Source: an uncultured Gammaproteobacteria bacterium
GTDB taxonomy: Bacteria > Patescibacteriota > Patescibacteriia > UBA9934
Reading direction: 5' to 3'
DNA length: 64,000 bases
NCBI GenBank assembly: GCA_964599455.1
Contig: CAZREA010000001.1
Span: forward strand, 135,687-199,686
Every line of letters starts with the position of its first letter. Positions within the stretch are counted from its first letter, which is position 1. The notes under the pieces were generated by a model. That model was not told where the DNA came from and made no database searches. It saw only the letters and a program-made list of their open reading frames with translations. A program made the translations under genes and the position numbers. Shown here one piece after another: positions 9,508 to 19,670 of this stretch.

Positions 9508-10038
9508 TTATACTGAGCATTTTCTCTCGATTCCGCATGCGCGGCAACCCTCCGCAATCCTTCGCGCGGCAAACCAGATAGCGAGCAGAACAATCGCCGT
9601 AGCGGCTGCCGTAATCTGCGCGCTGTACTTCAGGAAGAAGAACACGCTGCCCGTTCCAAGAAACCCGAGGATTCCGGCCACGCATGCGGAACAGGAGGCC
9701 GTCCCGAGCATGGAGGCGAAGACGGCGGACAATCCTCCTGCTCCACTTGCCGCCGCCGTGGCGAGGCTCGCGCTCTGTCGCGCTCGGTAGAGATGCCACT
9801 GCATGAGCATGAGAAGCGCGTTCAGCGTTGAGAGAAGGCCGAACAGGAGGAAATCCCTTCCGCGCATAATGGACAGCTGAAAGAGAAAATCGTTCCCCGG
9901 CGTCAGCTTCACAGGAATCCAGATGAAGAGAAGGAGCGTGAGCGCGGAAAGGAGCACGAAGGACGCCTTGCGCCAACGGGGGCGAAAAACGTCCTTCATT
10001 GCGGACTGGAACGCCGAAAGTTCTCCGCGAAGCCGCAT
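9508..10038 (-). CDS. integral membrane protein with CxxC pairs (CSAC, CRAC), function unknown
   Basis: Four or five hydrophobic helices with CSAC and CRAC motifs. Located between DsbA and the YtkA-like gene. Confidence 0.4.
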   Translation of the reverse strand: MRLRGELSAFQSAMKDVFRPRWRKASFVLLSALTLLLFIWIPVKLTPGNDFLFQLSIMRGRDFLLFGLLSTLNALLMLMQWHLYRARQSASLATAAASGAGGLSAVFASMLGTASCSACVAGILGFLGTGSVFFFLKYSAQITAAATAIVLLAIWFAARRIAEGCRACGIERKCSV

Positions 10039-10039
10039 A

Positions 10040-10813
10040 CTATTTCGCGGCAAGGGCGGCATCAAGGGCGGACTTGATCGTCGCGTACGGAACCGCGCCG
10101 GAGAGAAGCTGTGAACTGCCGCTCGCGTCGATCAGGATTGAACCCGGCGTTCCGGTGATTCCGGCAGCCGCTCCGCCGCTCTCATCCTCCTGCACGTGCT
10201 TGGCGAACTTCCCGGTATCCAAGCAGTCCTTGAACTTTGTTTCGTCGAGCCCGAGTTCCTTGGCGAGCGGGACGAGGGCGTCGAGCGCGAATCCGGTACC
10301 GTTCGAGGTAGTACGCTCCAAGATCGCGTCGTGGTACTTCCAGAACGCGTCGTTGCCGCCGAGGTCGTTGGCACACTCGGTCGCTTCCGCTTCCTTCTGC
10401 GCGTTGGCGTGGAACGACAGCGGATAGTGGCGGTAGACGATTCTCACCTTGTCACCGTATTCCTTTTCCATCTGTTGCATGGTGGGCTCGAAACGCTTGC
10501 AGAATGGGCACTCGAAGTCCGAATACTCGATAAACGTCACCTTGGCGTCCTTGTTGCCGCGAATGTGGTCAGCATTCGTTACTTCCGGAACTTTGCCGGT
10601 TGGAGTTTTCGTCTTCGCCGCTGCGGCCGCCGTTGGCTGGGCGTCCGCCACCGCAACGGTTCCCGATGTCCCCGTGGACTTCGCAAATGCGCTACTGCCA
10701 AGAAGTCCGGCGCTCGTCATGAGCGAGATCAGCGCAACTCCAGATACTAGCCCGAAAACGAAGCTCGTCCTCGATTGGATTCCATCAAAGAATCCGGGTT
10801 TTTCATTTTCCAT
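10040..10813 (-). CDS. DsbA-family thiol:disulfide oxidoreductase, membrane-anchored (BdbD-like)
   Basis: CPFC active site in a thioredoxin-fold context (FIEYSDFECPFCKRFEP). N-terminal TM anchor. Confidence 0.8.
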   Translation of the reverse strand: MENEKPGFFDGIQSRTSFVFGLVSGVALISLMTSAGLLGSSAFAKSTGTSGTVAVADAQPTAAAAAKTKTPTGKVPEVTNADHIRGNKDAKVTFIEYSDFECPFCKRFEPTMQQMEKEYGDKVRIVYRHYPLSFHANAQKEAEATECANDLGGNDAFWKYHDAILERTTSNGTGFALDALVPLAKELGLDETKFKDCLDTGKFAKHVQEDESGGAAAGITGTPGSILIDASGSSQLLSGAVPYATIKSALDAALAAK

Positions 10814-10860
10814 AACACAAAAACAAGAGTTAAAAGAATAAACATCTTTAACTCAAGGTG

Positions 10861-11277
10861 TTACTGGTCGCGCTGTGCGGCGAAGTATGGAAAAAAGGCG
10901 GAAGAAGAAAACGGCGTGTGTCGTGCCCAGACCCAGCGTTTGCGCTGGTGATAGTTGAGGGCAATCCGCGCCGGGCGGTTATACCGTTCGGGCAATTTCG
11001 GAAAAAGAGAAAAGACCGCGGCGACGAATAGTGCCGCAATGAGCACTTTCCCATCAGGAATACTTACGCCGTCGAAGATACTTTTATCCGTGTGTACATC
11101 TCCCGGTTGGCTGATGTGTTCTTCGCACGAGTCCGGGCTGGGATGGTACCCGAAGCCCTGGTTGAACTGGACGGATTCGCCGTGGCAGGAAAGAACCAAA
11201 AACATCGACGCAATCGTGACGAGGATGGCGAGGGATGCAAAGCGGCGGAAATATTCGAAAAACGACCGAATGACCAT
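10861..11277 (-). CDS. hypothetical membrane protein
   Basis: Two hydrophobic helices. Strand assignment uncertain because an alternative plus-strand ORF (10955..11302) overlaps. Sits at the head of the dsbA-MCO operon. Confidence 0.25.
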   Translation of the reverse strand: MVIRSFFEYFRRFASLAILVTIASMFLVLSCHGESVQFNQGFGYHPSPDSCEEHISQPGDVHTDKSIFDGVSIPDGKVLIAALFVAAVFSLFPKLPERYNRPARIALNYHQRKRWVWARHTPFSSSAFFPYFAAQRDQ

Positions 11278-11329
11278 AACGGAAAGTATTATCTCAATTT
11301 AGCTGTAAATCATCAAGCGGCTTTTGCAC

Positions 11330-11358
11330 TTGCATGATACCCTAAGGGGGTATATGAT
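11330..11358 (+). promoter_or_regulatory. csoR promoter (-35 TTGCAT, 17-bp spacer, -10 TATGAT) with embedded candidate CsoR operator ATACCCTAAGGGGGTAT (11337-11353)
   Basis: GC-rich pseudo-palindrome ATACCC-N5-GGGTAT, 17 bp upstream of the csoR ATG. Resembles the TACCC...GGGGGTA operators described for Bacillus CsoR at copZA. Confidence 0.45.
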
Positions 11359-11369
11359 AAAGTCATCTT

Positions 11370-11636
11370 ATGGAAAGCAAGAATACGAAAAGTATCCTTC
11401 GCCGCCTGAGCATTGCCGAGGGACAAATCCGTGGCCTGCGCGAACTCATCGCGAGCGGCGCGTATTGCGTTGATGTCATCACGCAAACCTCCGCCGTGAA
11501 GCAAGCGCTTTCCGGCGTCGAAGACATGCTTCTTGAAAGCCACCTCAGCACCTGCGCCATTAACCAGATTAAAAAAGGAAACGAGAAGAAGGCAGTAGAG
11601 GAAATTATCAAGGTCTACAAGTTGAAACGACGCTAG
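11370..11636 (+). CDS. csoR: CsoR/RcnR-family copper-sensing transcriptional repressor
   Basis: 88 aa, DUF156 fold, with the conserved C-x28-H-x3-C Cu(I) ligand pattern (CVDVITQ ... HLSTC). Confidence 0.85.
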   Translation: MESKNTKSILRRLSIAEGQIRGLRELIASGAYCVDVITQTSAVKQALSGVEDMLLESHLSTCAINQIKKGNEKKAVEEIIKVYKLKRR

Positions 11637-11637
11637 T

Positions 11638-12036
11638 ATGGTATTCGCATCGCTCATGGGACGTCTGCTCATCATTCCTGTCGCGCTCAGCGGGGTGTGT
11701 TTGAGCATGCTTTTTGGCGTTCCGATGGCGGGAGCGATGGAAATGGATCAGGTCGCGATCCGTGCCGACGTTTCCAGTCAGCATCAAATGGTCGTCGTTG
11801 GAAATGAAGACCACGGAACCCAGCCCGGTTGTTGCACGGCAACGCGAATGGAGCACGAAACGAAAGCCGCGACGGCTGACCAAGGAAAAGTGCGCCCGAC
11901 TTCCTGCGTCGCCGATGTGCCACGTGATCCGGTCGTTCAGCAGTTCGATAACGTGAAATCCGGGTGGGTACCGCCACGCCCCCTTTCCCTCCACCAACCA
12001 TTTTCCCTGACCGGGATCATTTTCAAGCGCGAATAG
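11638..12036 (+). CDS. small secreted protein, function unknown
   Basis: N-terminal signal-like segment. Placed between csoR and the HMA-membrane gene. Confidence 0.3.
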   Translation: MVFASLMGRLLIIPVALSGVCLSMLFGVPMAGAMEMDQVAIRADVSSQHQMVVVGNEDHGTQPGCCTATRMEHETKAATADQGKVRPTSCVADVPRDPVVQQFDNVKSGWVPPRPLSLHQPFSLTGIIFKRE

Positions 12037-12068
12037 CAAACGACGGAGTTAGGATCGAATCTTAATTT

Positions 12069-13418
12069 TTGTCGTTTGCTTTTATGCATCAAAAAATCGT
12101 TCCCATTCGCGGCATGCACTGCCGCTCTTGCGAGCTGCTCCTCGAGGACGCGATCGGCGGCATCCAAGGCGTGTCCAAGGTAAAAGTGGACTTCCGCAAA
12201 GGCCGCGCGACCATCGAGCACGGCGCGGACGTCCCGAGCCAGCACGAAATCGAAGGCGCCGTGAAGCAAGCCGGATATGTGGTCGGCGAGCCGGGCAAGC
12301 TCCCCTGGATCACGAAGGACCGCACGGATTGGCGGTACATGATCTTCGGCGCCGCCTTCCTCGCCGTTCTCTACTACGCCCTGCGCGGCACCGGCATCCT
12401 GGACTTCTCGCTGGATGAAAAGAACATCGACGTGGGGTTCGCAGTGCTTCTCGGCCTCGTCGCCGGAGTCTCCACCTGCATGGCGCTCGTCGGCGGGCTG
12501 ATCCTCGGCGTCGCCGCCCGGCATGCGGAACTGCACCCGGAGGCCACGACGTGGCAAAAATTTCGTCCGCACCTTTTCTTTAACGCGGGTCGCGTGCTCG
12601 GTTACGCGACGCTCGGCGGTTTGCTTGGGCTTCTTGGAAGCGTATTGCAAGTTTCTGGCGGAATCCTCACGTTCCTCACGCTCGCCGTCGGCGCGGTCAT
12701 GATCGTTCTTGGTCTCAAGCTCACGAATCTCTCTCCGCGCATTTCCGCAACCTCGTTCACCCTCCCGTCTTCTATCGCGCGATTTCTCGGGATCAAGGAA
12801 CACCAAAAGGAATACAGCCATAAGACCGCCATGCTCACTGGTGCTCTGACATTCTTCCTCCCATGCGGATTCACCCAGGCGATGCAGCTGTATGCGATCA
12901 GCACCGGCGACTTCAGAACCGGAGCGATCATCATGGGCGCGTTCGCACTTGGTACGGCTCCCGCGTTGCTCGGCATCGGTGGGCTTTCGTCGATCATGAA
13001 GGGAACGGCCGCACGCATCTTCTACGCGGTGGTCGGTATTCTGGTCATCGTTTTCGGCATCTACAACATTCAAAGCGGCTTGGCGGTTCTTCCGACTTCT
13101 TCCGCGAACGAAACGGTGAACTATTCCCCGGTCGACCAAGATACAAACCAACAAGATGTCCAGGTGATCAAAATGACACAGTCGGCATCCGGGTATTCGC
13201 CGAGCACCCTTCGGGCCAAGGCGGGCGTTCCCGTGCGATGGGTGATCACTTCCGAGTCGTCGTTCACCTGCGCATCGACGGTCGTTATTCCGTCGATGAA
13301 CATTCGGAAGGACTTGAAGAAGGGCGAAAACATCATCGAGTTTACCCCGACGCAGAAAGGCACGATTCCTTATTCCTGTTCCATGGGCATGTACCGCGGA
13401 ACGATTGTTGTCGAATAA
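12069..13418 (+). CDS. HMA-domain / DsbD_2-like transmembrane domain / C-terminal cupredoxin-like domain fusion protein (putative copper handling permease)
   Basis: N-terminal GMHCRSCE HMA motif. Multi-TM core with conserved Cys residues (VSTCMALV, FFLPCGFTQA) typical of DsbD_2/CcdA-like permeases. C-terminal ~100 aa beta domain (RWVITSES...CSMGMYRGTIVV) resembling a cupredoxin fold. Confidence 0.7.
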   Translation: MSFAFMHQKIVPIRGMHCRSCELLLEDAIGGIQGVSKVKVDFRKGRATIEHGADVPSQHEIEGAVKQAGYVVGEPGKLPWITKDRTDWRYMIFGAAFLAVLYYALRGTGILDFSLDEKNIDVGFAVLLGLVAGVSTCMALVGGLILGVAARHAELHPEATTWQKFRPHLFFNAGRVLGYATLGGLLGLLGSVLQVSGGILTFLTLAVGAVMIVLGLKLTNLSPRISATSFTLPSSIARFLGIKEHQKEYSHKTAMLTGALTFFLPCGFTQAMQLYAISTGDFRTGAIIMGAFALGTAPALLGIGGLSSIMKGTAARIFYAVVGILVIVFGIYNIQSGLAVLPTSSANETVNYSPVDQDTNQQDVQVIKMTQSASGYSPSTLRAKAGVPVRWVITSESSFTCASTVVIPSMNIRKDLKKGENIIEFTPTQKGTIPYSCSMGMYRGTIVVE

Positions 13419-13422
13419 CCAT

Positions 13423-13629
13423 ATGTCTGAACTTACCTTCAAGATCACGAATCTGACCTGCGACGCCTGCATCAAGGTATCGACCATGACGCTTCGCAAG
13501 CTGCCCGGAGTCACGGAGGCGACCGTCGATCTCTCGACCGGAGCCGGACGCGTCGTCTCGAGCGAACCATTAACTCAAAATGACGTGGCGGCCGCGTTGA
13601 AAGCCAAGGGCTACGACGCCACGCTCTAA
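13423..13629 (+). CDS. copZ: CopZ-like copper chaperone (HMA domain)
   Basis: 69 aa ferredoxin-like HMA fold. Metal site reads LTCDAC instead of GMTCxxC. Confidence 0.75.
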   Translation: MSELTFKITNLTCDACIKVSTMTLRKLPGVTEATVDLSTGAGRVVSSEPLTQNDVAAALKAKGYDATL

Positions 13630-13639
13630 TCCTCCGAAT

Positions 13640-16519
13640 ATGGATAAAACATTCCGCGTTTCCGGGATGCACTGCGCCTCCTGCGAAACGCTCATCAACG
13701 AGGAAGTTGGAGGGCTTCCTGGTGTGCTCAGCGTGAAGACAGATGCGAAAGAAGGAATCTGCCGCGTCACGGGCGAGGTCGCCGACGACGCGGTTGTCGC
13801 CGCGATCAAGACTGCGGGATATGAGGCTGTGCCAGACGTTCCAGCGGTCGAAACTCCCCCTGCCGCACCAACGGAAAGCCCCATCGAACTTGTCGAGCAT
13901 GACGGGAACCGCGTCAGTTTCCGCTACCTCACCGAAACGCGTGGCGAGGGCACGGTCGACATTCAAAGCGACGGACGCCCGAAGTTCCACGGCGCGATCG
14001 TTAGGCAGAAAAGCGGAACATTGGAATTTCCCGCGGGGATCAAACAGGACGCCCCTAAGATCGCCGGGTTCTTCGAGTCGCTGATTCACGAGCGGTCAGC
14101 TGTGCAAAGCAATCTCCCTGCTGAGGCGGCTCACACCCCGGTAAAACGCTCGAGCGAATCGGATAACGAAAAGAATACGACGCTGCGGCTTTCGGGGATG
14201 CACTGCACGTCGTGCGCTGGCGTTATCACGAAGAGCATCAAAAAATTGCCGGGAATTACGGACGCACAAGTGAGCTTTGCCGCGGAAAAAGCTCGCGTAA
14301 GCTTTGACCCGCGCCAGACGAGCGAGGTGGCGATCATCGCGCAGATCAAGAAGGCCGGATACCGGGCGGAAATCGCCGGAACCGCAAATCCAGACGAGGA
14401 TCGTGCGCGTCGCCATGAGGAGATCAAATCGTACTGGTGGAAATTCATCATCGGCGCCGTCCTGTCGCTCCCGATGCTCTACTTCATGTTCCTCGACTTC
14501 TTCTCGTTCCTTCCGGGTCGCGCGTTCCTGTTGCCGCTCGTCGGTATTGTTTCGTTCGCGCTCGCGACGCCGGTGCAGATTTTCCTCGGCGCGGGGTTCT
14601 ACAAGGGCATGTGGTCGAGCCTGCGCATGAGGACGTTTAACATGGACAGTCTCATCGCCATCGGCACGAGCGCGGCATTCATTTACAGCGTCGTAAACTT
14701 CGTCGTCTACGCTGTCACGAATAACTCTCTGCTTGGCGTCGGCGGCGAAAAGATTCCGGAACTATACTTCGAAACGGCGGCGTTCCTCATTACTTTCGTG
14801 CTCATGGGCAAGTGGCTTGAGAGCAAGGCGAAGGGACAGACATCGGACGCGGTACGCAAGCTCATGGACTTACAGGCGAAGACTGCCCGTGTCCTGCGCG
14901 ACGGCAAGCCGTTCGACGTTCCAATCGGTGACGTCGTCGAAGGAGACATCGTGCTCGTTCGTCCGGGAGAAAAAGTTCCTGTTGATGGGGTGATCACGGA
15001 TGGAGGATCGGCCGTCGACGAGTCCATGCTGACCGGCGAGAGCATTCCCGTCGAGAAGCATCCGGGCGACAAGGTCATCGGCGCAACCGTAAACAAGAAC
15101 GGAAGCTTCGAGTTCCGCGCGACGAACGTCGGGTCGGAAACAGTGCTCGCACAGATCATCCGGCTCGTTGAGGAGGCGCAAGGATCCCGCGCACCAATCC
15201 AGGCCTTCGCCGACCGCATCTCTGCAAAATTCGTTCCGGCAGTGATCCTGATCGCAATCGCCACGTTCCTGGTTTGGTTCTTCTTACTCGGTTCAACACT
15301 TAGCTTCGCGCTCATGGCCTTCACGGCCGTGATCGTCATCGCCTGTCCCTGTGCACTCGGACTCGCAACGCCGACCGCCATCATGGTCGCGACGGGCAAA
15401 GGGGCGCAAAACGGCATCCTCATCAAGGGCGGCGAACCGCTTGAGGCGGCCAGCAAGATCCGCGCGATCGTCTTTGATAAGACCGGAACGCTGACCAAAG
15501 GAAAACCAGAGGTGACGGACGTGCTCCCGATCGGCTCCCACGACGAGGATGAGGTGATGGAAATCGCCGCCGGACTGGAGGCAAAATCCGAACATCCCCT
15601 CGCCGAGGCGATCTGCCGCTACGTAGAGGAGGAGTCGCTTTCCTCGGCACAAGTGACGAACTTCCAAGCGGTTCCCGGCCACGGCGTGCGCGGGGACGTG
15701 GACGGCACGACGTACTACTTCGGTAACCGCAAGCTGATCGGAACGCTCGGAATCGACATGGGTCGGCTGGAGCGCAAGATGCGTCGTCTTGAGGAGGAAG
15801 GTAAGACGGCCATGCTACTTGCTGACACGAAGGAAGTGCTCGGTATCATCGCTGTTGCCGACGCCATCAAAGCGACAACTCCTGCGGCAGTGACAGCACT
15901 CAAGCACATGGGGCTCGCCGTCTACATGATTACCGGCGACAATATGCGTACCGCCGTGGCCATCGCTAGACAGGCGGGCATCGAGGAGCAGAACATCCGT
16001 GCTGAAGTTCTGCCGGAAGACAAGGCGAACGAGGTCAAAAAAATCCAGGCAACCGGAGTCAGGGTCGCCATGGTCGGCGACGGACTCAACGATGCCCCTG
16101 CGCTCGCCCAGGCCGACGTCGGTATCGCTATGGGCAGTGGGACGGACGTGGCCATGGAAGCTGGAGGCATCGTGCTCATGAAGAGCGACCTGCAGGACGT
16201 GGTATCCGCAATCCAGCTCAGTCGCGAAACACTCGGGAAGATCAAACAGAACCTATTCTTCTCGCTGTTCTACAACGTCATCGGCATTCCGATTGCTGCG
16301 CGTGTATTCATTGGACTTGGTATCGTGCTTCGGCCAGAACTTGCCGGACTCGCCATGGCACTCAGCTCCGTCTCAGTCGTGTCGAACTCGCTCCTTCTGC
16401 GCCGGTTCCGCCCAGGTCGCCGCAATTGGATCTCGGCCTTCGCTCCGGTTGTAATGACGGGCGCATTCACCGTGGCCTTCATCCTTCTCGCTCGCGTGAG
16501 CGTGATGGCGACGGGTTAA
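13640..16519 (+). CDS. copA: copper-translocating P1B-1 ATPase with two N-terminal HMA domains
   Basis: Two GMHCxSC HMA motifs, CPC ([11 protein letters not shown]), [15 protein letters not shown]. 959 aa. Confidence 0.9.
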   Translation: MDKTFRVSGMHCASCETLINEEVGGLPGVLSVKTDAKEGICRVTGEVADDAVVAAIKTAGYEAVPDVPAVETPPAAPTESPIELVEHDGNRVSFRYLTETRGEGTVDIQSDGRPKFHGAIVRQKSGTLEFPAGIKQDAPKIAGFFESLIHERSAVQSNLPAEAAHTPVKRSSESDNEKNTTLRLSGMHCTSCAGVITKSIKKLPGITDAQVSFAAEKARVSFDPRQTSEVAIIAQIKKAGYRAEIAGTANPDEDRARRHEEIKSYWWKFIIGAVLSLPMLYFMFLDFFSFLPGRAFLLPLVGIVSFALATPVQIFLGAGFYKGMWSSLRMRTFNMDSLIAIGTSAAFIYSVVNFVVYAVTNNSLLGVGGEKIPELYFETAAFLITFVLMGKWLESKAKGQTSDAVRKLMDLQAKTARVLRDGKPFDVPIGDVVEGDIVLVRPGEKVPVDGVITDGGSAVDESMLTGESIPVEKHPGDKVIGATVNKNGSFEFRATNVGSETVLAQIIRLVEEAQGSRAPIQAFADRISAKFVPAVILIAIATFLVWFFLLGSTLSFALMAFTAVIVIACPCALGLATPTAIMVATGKGAQNGILIKGGEPLEAASKIRAIVFDKTGTLTKGKPEVTDVLPIGSHDEDEVMEIAAGLEAKSEHPLAEAICRYVEEESLSSAQVTNFQAVPGHGVRGDVDGTTYYFGNRKLIGTLGIDMGRLERKMRRLEEEGKTAMLLADTKEVLGIIAVADAIKATTPAAVTALKHMGLAVYMITGDNMRTAVAIARQAGIEEQNIRAEVLPEDKANEVKKIQATGVRVAMVGDGLNDAPALAQADVGIAMGSGTDVAMEAGGIVLMKSDLQDVVSAIQLSRETLGKIKQNLFFSLFYNVIGIPIAARVFIGLGIVLRPELAGLAMALSSVSVVSNSLLLRRFRPGRRNWISAFAPVVMTGAFTVAFILLARVSVMATG

Positions 16520-16535
16520 AATCGATGAGATCAAA

Positions 16536-16563
16536 AAACCACCACAAAAGTGGTGGTTTTTTG
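16536..16563 (+). terminator. rho-independent terminator of copA
   Basis: ccaccac-aaaag-gtggtgg hairpin followed by TTTTTT. Confidence 0.65.
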
Positions 16564-16710
16564 ACTGACAGCATCTGGGACACCAGACACTGCCACTCAT
16601 GGCTCCCAGATTGCGTACCGAACTTTTTAAAAAACAAAAAGCCGCCCACCGAGATGAGCTGTCGTCGAGGTATCTCCTCTATGGACGGCTCTTTGGTGGG
16701 CGGATGTAGA

Positions 16711-17484
16711 TCAGGCGACCATGCGCTGGAAACGCTTCGGGTACCCGACGTGGTGGAAGTAGAGGACGACGAGGGCGAAGTGCTTGCGCACCCACACTCG
16801 ATCAACATCCACCTTTTCCAACCACTTGATGCCGTACGCGGTCTGCACCTGCGTCAACGTCGCCAGCTCCTCGGGCGAATCCGCCAGCAGGTAGTGCATG
16901 TTGCTTGCGAAGTCTCGCACGCTGTCCCAGTACTCCTGTAGGATCTGGTTGGCGTTGAGGTCAGTAAGCCTCGCGAGGTCGGTCAGTCGACACCACTTGC
17001 CCGGCCTCCCCACCATGCCGGCAATGGCTTTGCTCGATGCGAAATGCGGCTGATGGAAATCCGGAAGCTGGCGTGTGAGACCGTGCTCATTCACTCGCGT
17101 TGCCATGTGCGCCCAGCTGACCATTCTGGCGTCGTCATGTCTGACGATCACCACGAACGGCCTCTCGGACCACAGCATGATGTGCCGCTGCTCGTACCCG
17201 ATCTCGCCGTCGTACTTGCGGGAACGGAACTCCTGTCGACGCAGCAGGAGTTGGTGAACCGACGTCTGCACCAAGCAGCGATCGTCATCGAAGGCGTAGA
17301 TCGTCCAGTCCGTGGAGTCGCTGTACAGGAAGGCTCCCTGGTCGTCACCGATGGAGCGATCGGTCTTGTTGTCGAGGTCGATACCCGCATCGAAGATAAC
17401 CGCATACGACCCCGGAGGAATCTCCGCCGTCTCTCGCACCCACCTTCTACTCTCCTGACCCTCGACGAGATGCGTGACTCGCAT
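16711..17484 (-). CDS. hypothetical protein, last gene of the high-GC block
   Basis: 300-codon ORF. Start trimmed to Met MRVTHL because the ORF-track start is a TTG in AT-rich sequence. No recognisable motif. Confidence 0.35.
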   Translation of the reverse strand: MRVTHLVEGQESRRWVRETAEIPPGSYAVIFDAGIDLDNKTDRSIGDDQGAFLYSDSTDWTIYAFDDDRCLVQTSVHQLLLRRQEFRSRKYDGEIGYEQRHIMLWSERPFVVIVRHDDARMVSWAHMATRVNEHGLTRQLPDFHQPHFASSKAIAGMVGRPGKWCRLTDLARLTDLNANQILQEYWDSVRDFASNMHYLLADSPEELATLTQVQTAYGIKWLEKVDVDRVWVRKHFALVVLYFHHVGYPKRFQRMVA

Positions 17485-17813
17485 ATCGTCCTCCGTATGC
17501 GACTGTGGTTTTGTCGTTCGGGATGTCGCCCCCCGATTCGACACTGCTTGGTGTTTGCCTTGCAGCAAAAATACACTAGTAATTAATGTCTTTTTGTTGG
17601 AAAACAACTGCAAACAAATACCATAAAATCACGATTTCGTCAAGTATATCTACGTAATAAAGCATTTTTCAGCTAGAGTTATACTTCGCCTTGCCGCAGC
17701 ATAAATCGCTCTAAGTTCAGTAAACAAATAATCTGTGAGGCGCCGCCGTTTTTCACCGATTTTGATATCATCAAGTGAGACTTCAGAACGAAGTCTGATA
17801 GACTGACACTTGT

Positions 17814-18353
17814 ATGAGCGATGTTTACGAAGGTTTATCTCCCTACAACTCTGACTGGAAAGTGAAGTTCGAGGAAGAAAAAGAGCAGCTCAAGCAAGTT
17901 TTTAGAGATTCCGCCATTGAAATCGAGCACATTGGAAGTACAGCGGTCGAAGGATTGTCATCAAAGCCAATCATCGATATTGCCGTGATGATCAAGAACG
18001 CCGATGATGCTGATAGCTTTACGCAAACCCTTTCAAAAATCGACTACATTTTTCATTCAAAAAGCACTGAACGTCATTTTTATCAAAAGCGTGAATCAGT
18101 AAACTACAACTTGTCGATAGTATATGCTAATAGAGGCGGATTCTGGCCGCGTCAGATACTGTTTCGAGAGTACCTACGATCTCACATTGCGGTACGGGAC
18201 GAGTATGCAGTTATAAAAAGCAAACTCATCGCAGAATATCCAAAGGACATGGTCAAGTATTCCGAAGGAAAGACAGCGTTTGTTCAAAAAGTTCTCCATC
18301 TTGCTGGCTGGAAAGACGGGCTAACTTACAATGACTGGAAGGCTACGACGTAA
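17814..18353 (+). CDS. GrpB/UPF0157 family nucleotidyltransferase-fold protein
   Basis: IEHIGSTAVEGLSSKPIIDI signature of GrpB. Confidence 0.8.
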   Translation: MSDVYEGLSPYNSDWKVKFEEEKEQLKQVFRDSAIEIEHIGSTAVEGLSSKPIIDIAVMIKNADDADSFTQTLSKIDYIFHSKSTERHFYQKRESVNYNLSIVYANRGGFWPRQILFREYLRSHIAVRDEYAVIKSKLIAEYPKDMVKYSEGKTAFVQKVLHLAGWKDGLTYNDWKATT

Positions 18354-18523
18354 ACTGAACGATCATCGGATTCAACTCAGACCAGTTGACGATTCTAAAC
18401 CCGTCCACTATTCGGAACTAGCAAAAAACATCTATTTTAGAGGTGTTTTTTTGTTTCTAAGCTATCAAAAATGAAAATTGCACTGATATAATGATTTCAT
18501 ATGTATAAAGATCGAATAATACT

Positions 18524-18991
18524 ATGAAAAGAGGTGAAAAAAGAGAAGTACACCCCCTTGCTATTGAGCGTGGGTTTGATCTGGTTGAGAAATATCGCGA
18601 TCCTACTCCACCAGATGAACTGAGTGATGCAGACAAAACCTTGTATCGCGAAGCAAGCAGAGCAATGAATCGCGCATGGGAGCTCAAGGAAATACTTGGG
18701 GATGACCTCTCTGCATCGGCTGCTGCAGAAAAGTATATTCAGCTCGCTGAAAGATTAGCTGCATGCAATGATGGATCGTGGGGTGAAGAAAGCGGAAGAC
18801 TCTCAGAGATGATTAAAAATCTTGTTAGTCCTTTTCTTGATGAGTCCGTAGGTAAAGGAGATGTTCTACAAGCCGCACGGGATACAAAACATAAACCAGA
18901 AATTTTTAGTGCATACGTGCAAATAATTAGAACAGGAACACTTCATCCAAATATCGAGGCTGCGCTTCGACGTTTTTCACATAAGAAATAA
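18524..18991 (+). CDS. hypothetical helical protein
   Basis: 155 aa ORF with coding-like composition, no motif recognised. Confidence 0.4.
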   Translation: MKRGEKREVHPLAIERGFDLVEKYRDPTPPDELSDADKTLYREASRAMNRAWELKEILGDDLSASAAAEKYIQLAERLAACNDGSWGEESGRLSEMIKNLVSPFLDESVGKGDVLQAARDTKHKPEIFSAYVQIIRTGTLHPNIEAALRRFSHKK

Positions 18992-19174
18992 CCTTGTCGA
19001 TATATTCGTCGAGGCGGCAATACATTCATGACACGAGCTCTCACACCACCACAACGCCGAACCAACAAATCCTCAGCAGAAATGCTGGGATGTTGTTATA
19101 TCCAAAATAAATAAAAATGAGTACCATCTATTTGAAGGGTTGGATTCTTAATAACCATTAAAATATATCGGTAT

Positions 19175-19666
19175 ATGAAATTTCCCCTTTCGATCATAGT
19201 GTTCTCGTTTGCTCTACTGGGTGCCGGCTGCATTCCGGCAGCTGATGTTTCTCTTGGCACGGAGCAGGAAAGTAGCATTCCTTCGATTTCAAGCACTAAA
19301 CTCGATCTCAGCAATCGCGGTCTCACGCAGGTACCACAGGATATTTTCAAACAAACAAACCTTGTCGAACTCAATCTTTCCGATAATCGTTTGACGGGTG
19401 CGATTCCTGCAGAAATTCGTCTATTGAACAAACTGGAAATTCTTGATTTGAGCGATAACGCCATGACCGGGTTGCCAGCAGAGATTGGTCAGTTGAGCAG
19501 ACTCAAAACGCTTGATCTATCAAATAACCAACTCACCGGCTTGCCTCTCGAGCTCGGCCAGTTAACGAATCTTGAAACGCTAGATTTACGAGGCAATGAC
19601 TACTCAATGCAAGATCTCAACCACATTCGCAACAATCTTTCACGTACGAACATTTTAGTTGATTAA
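19175..19666 (+). CDS. leucine-rich repeat lipoprotein
   Basis: Lipobox LLGAGC after a signal peptide. Six tandem 23-aa LRRs (LxxLxLSxNxLTGLPxEIGQL). Confidence 0.75.
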   Translation: MKFPLSIIVFSFALLGAGCIPAADVSLGTEQESSIPSISSTKLDLSNRGLTQVPQDIFKQTNLVELNLSDNRLTGAIPAEIRLLNKLEILDLSDNAMTGLPAEIGQLSRLKTLDLSNNQLTGLPLELGQLTNLETLDLRGNDYSMQDLNHIRNNLSRTNILVD

Positions 19667-19670
19667 GCAA

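Noticed and set aside
11937-13514. 525-aa minus-strand ORF overlapping the HMA/DsbD_2/cupredoxin gene
   Set aside because: Arg/Gly-rich low-complexity translation typical of antisense frames in high-GC DNA. The plus-strand frame carries clear HMA, permease and cupredoxin motifs.
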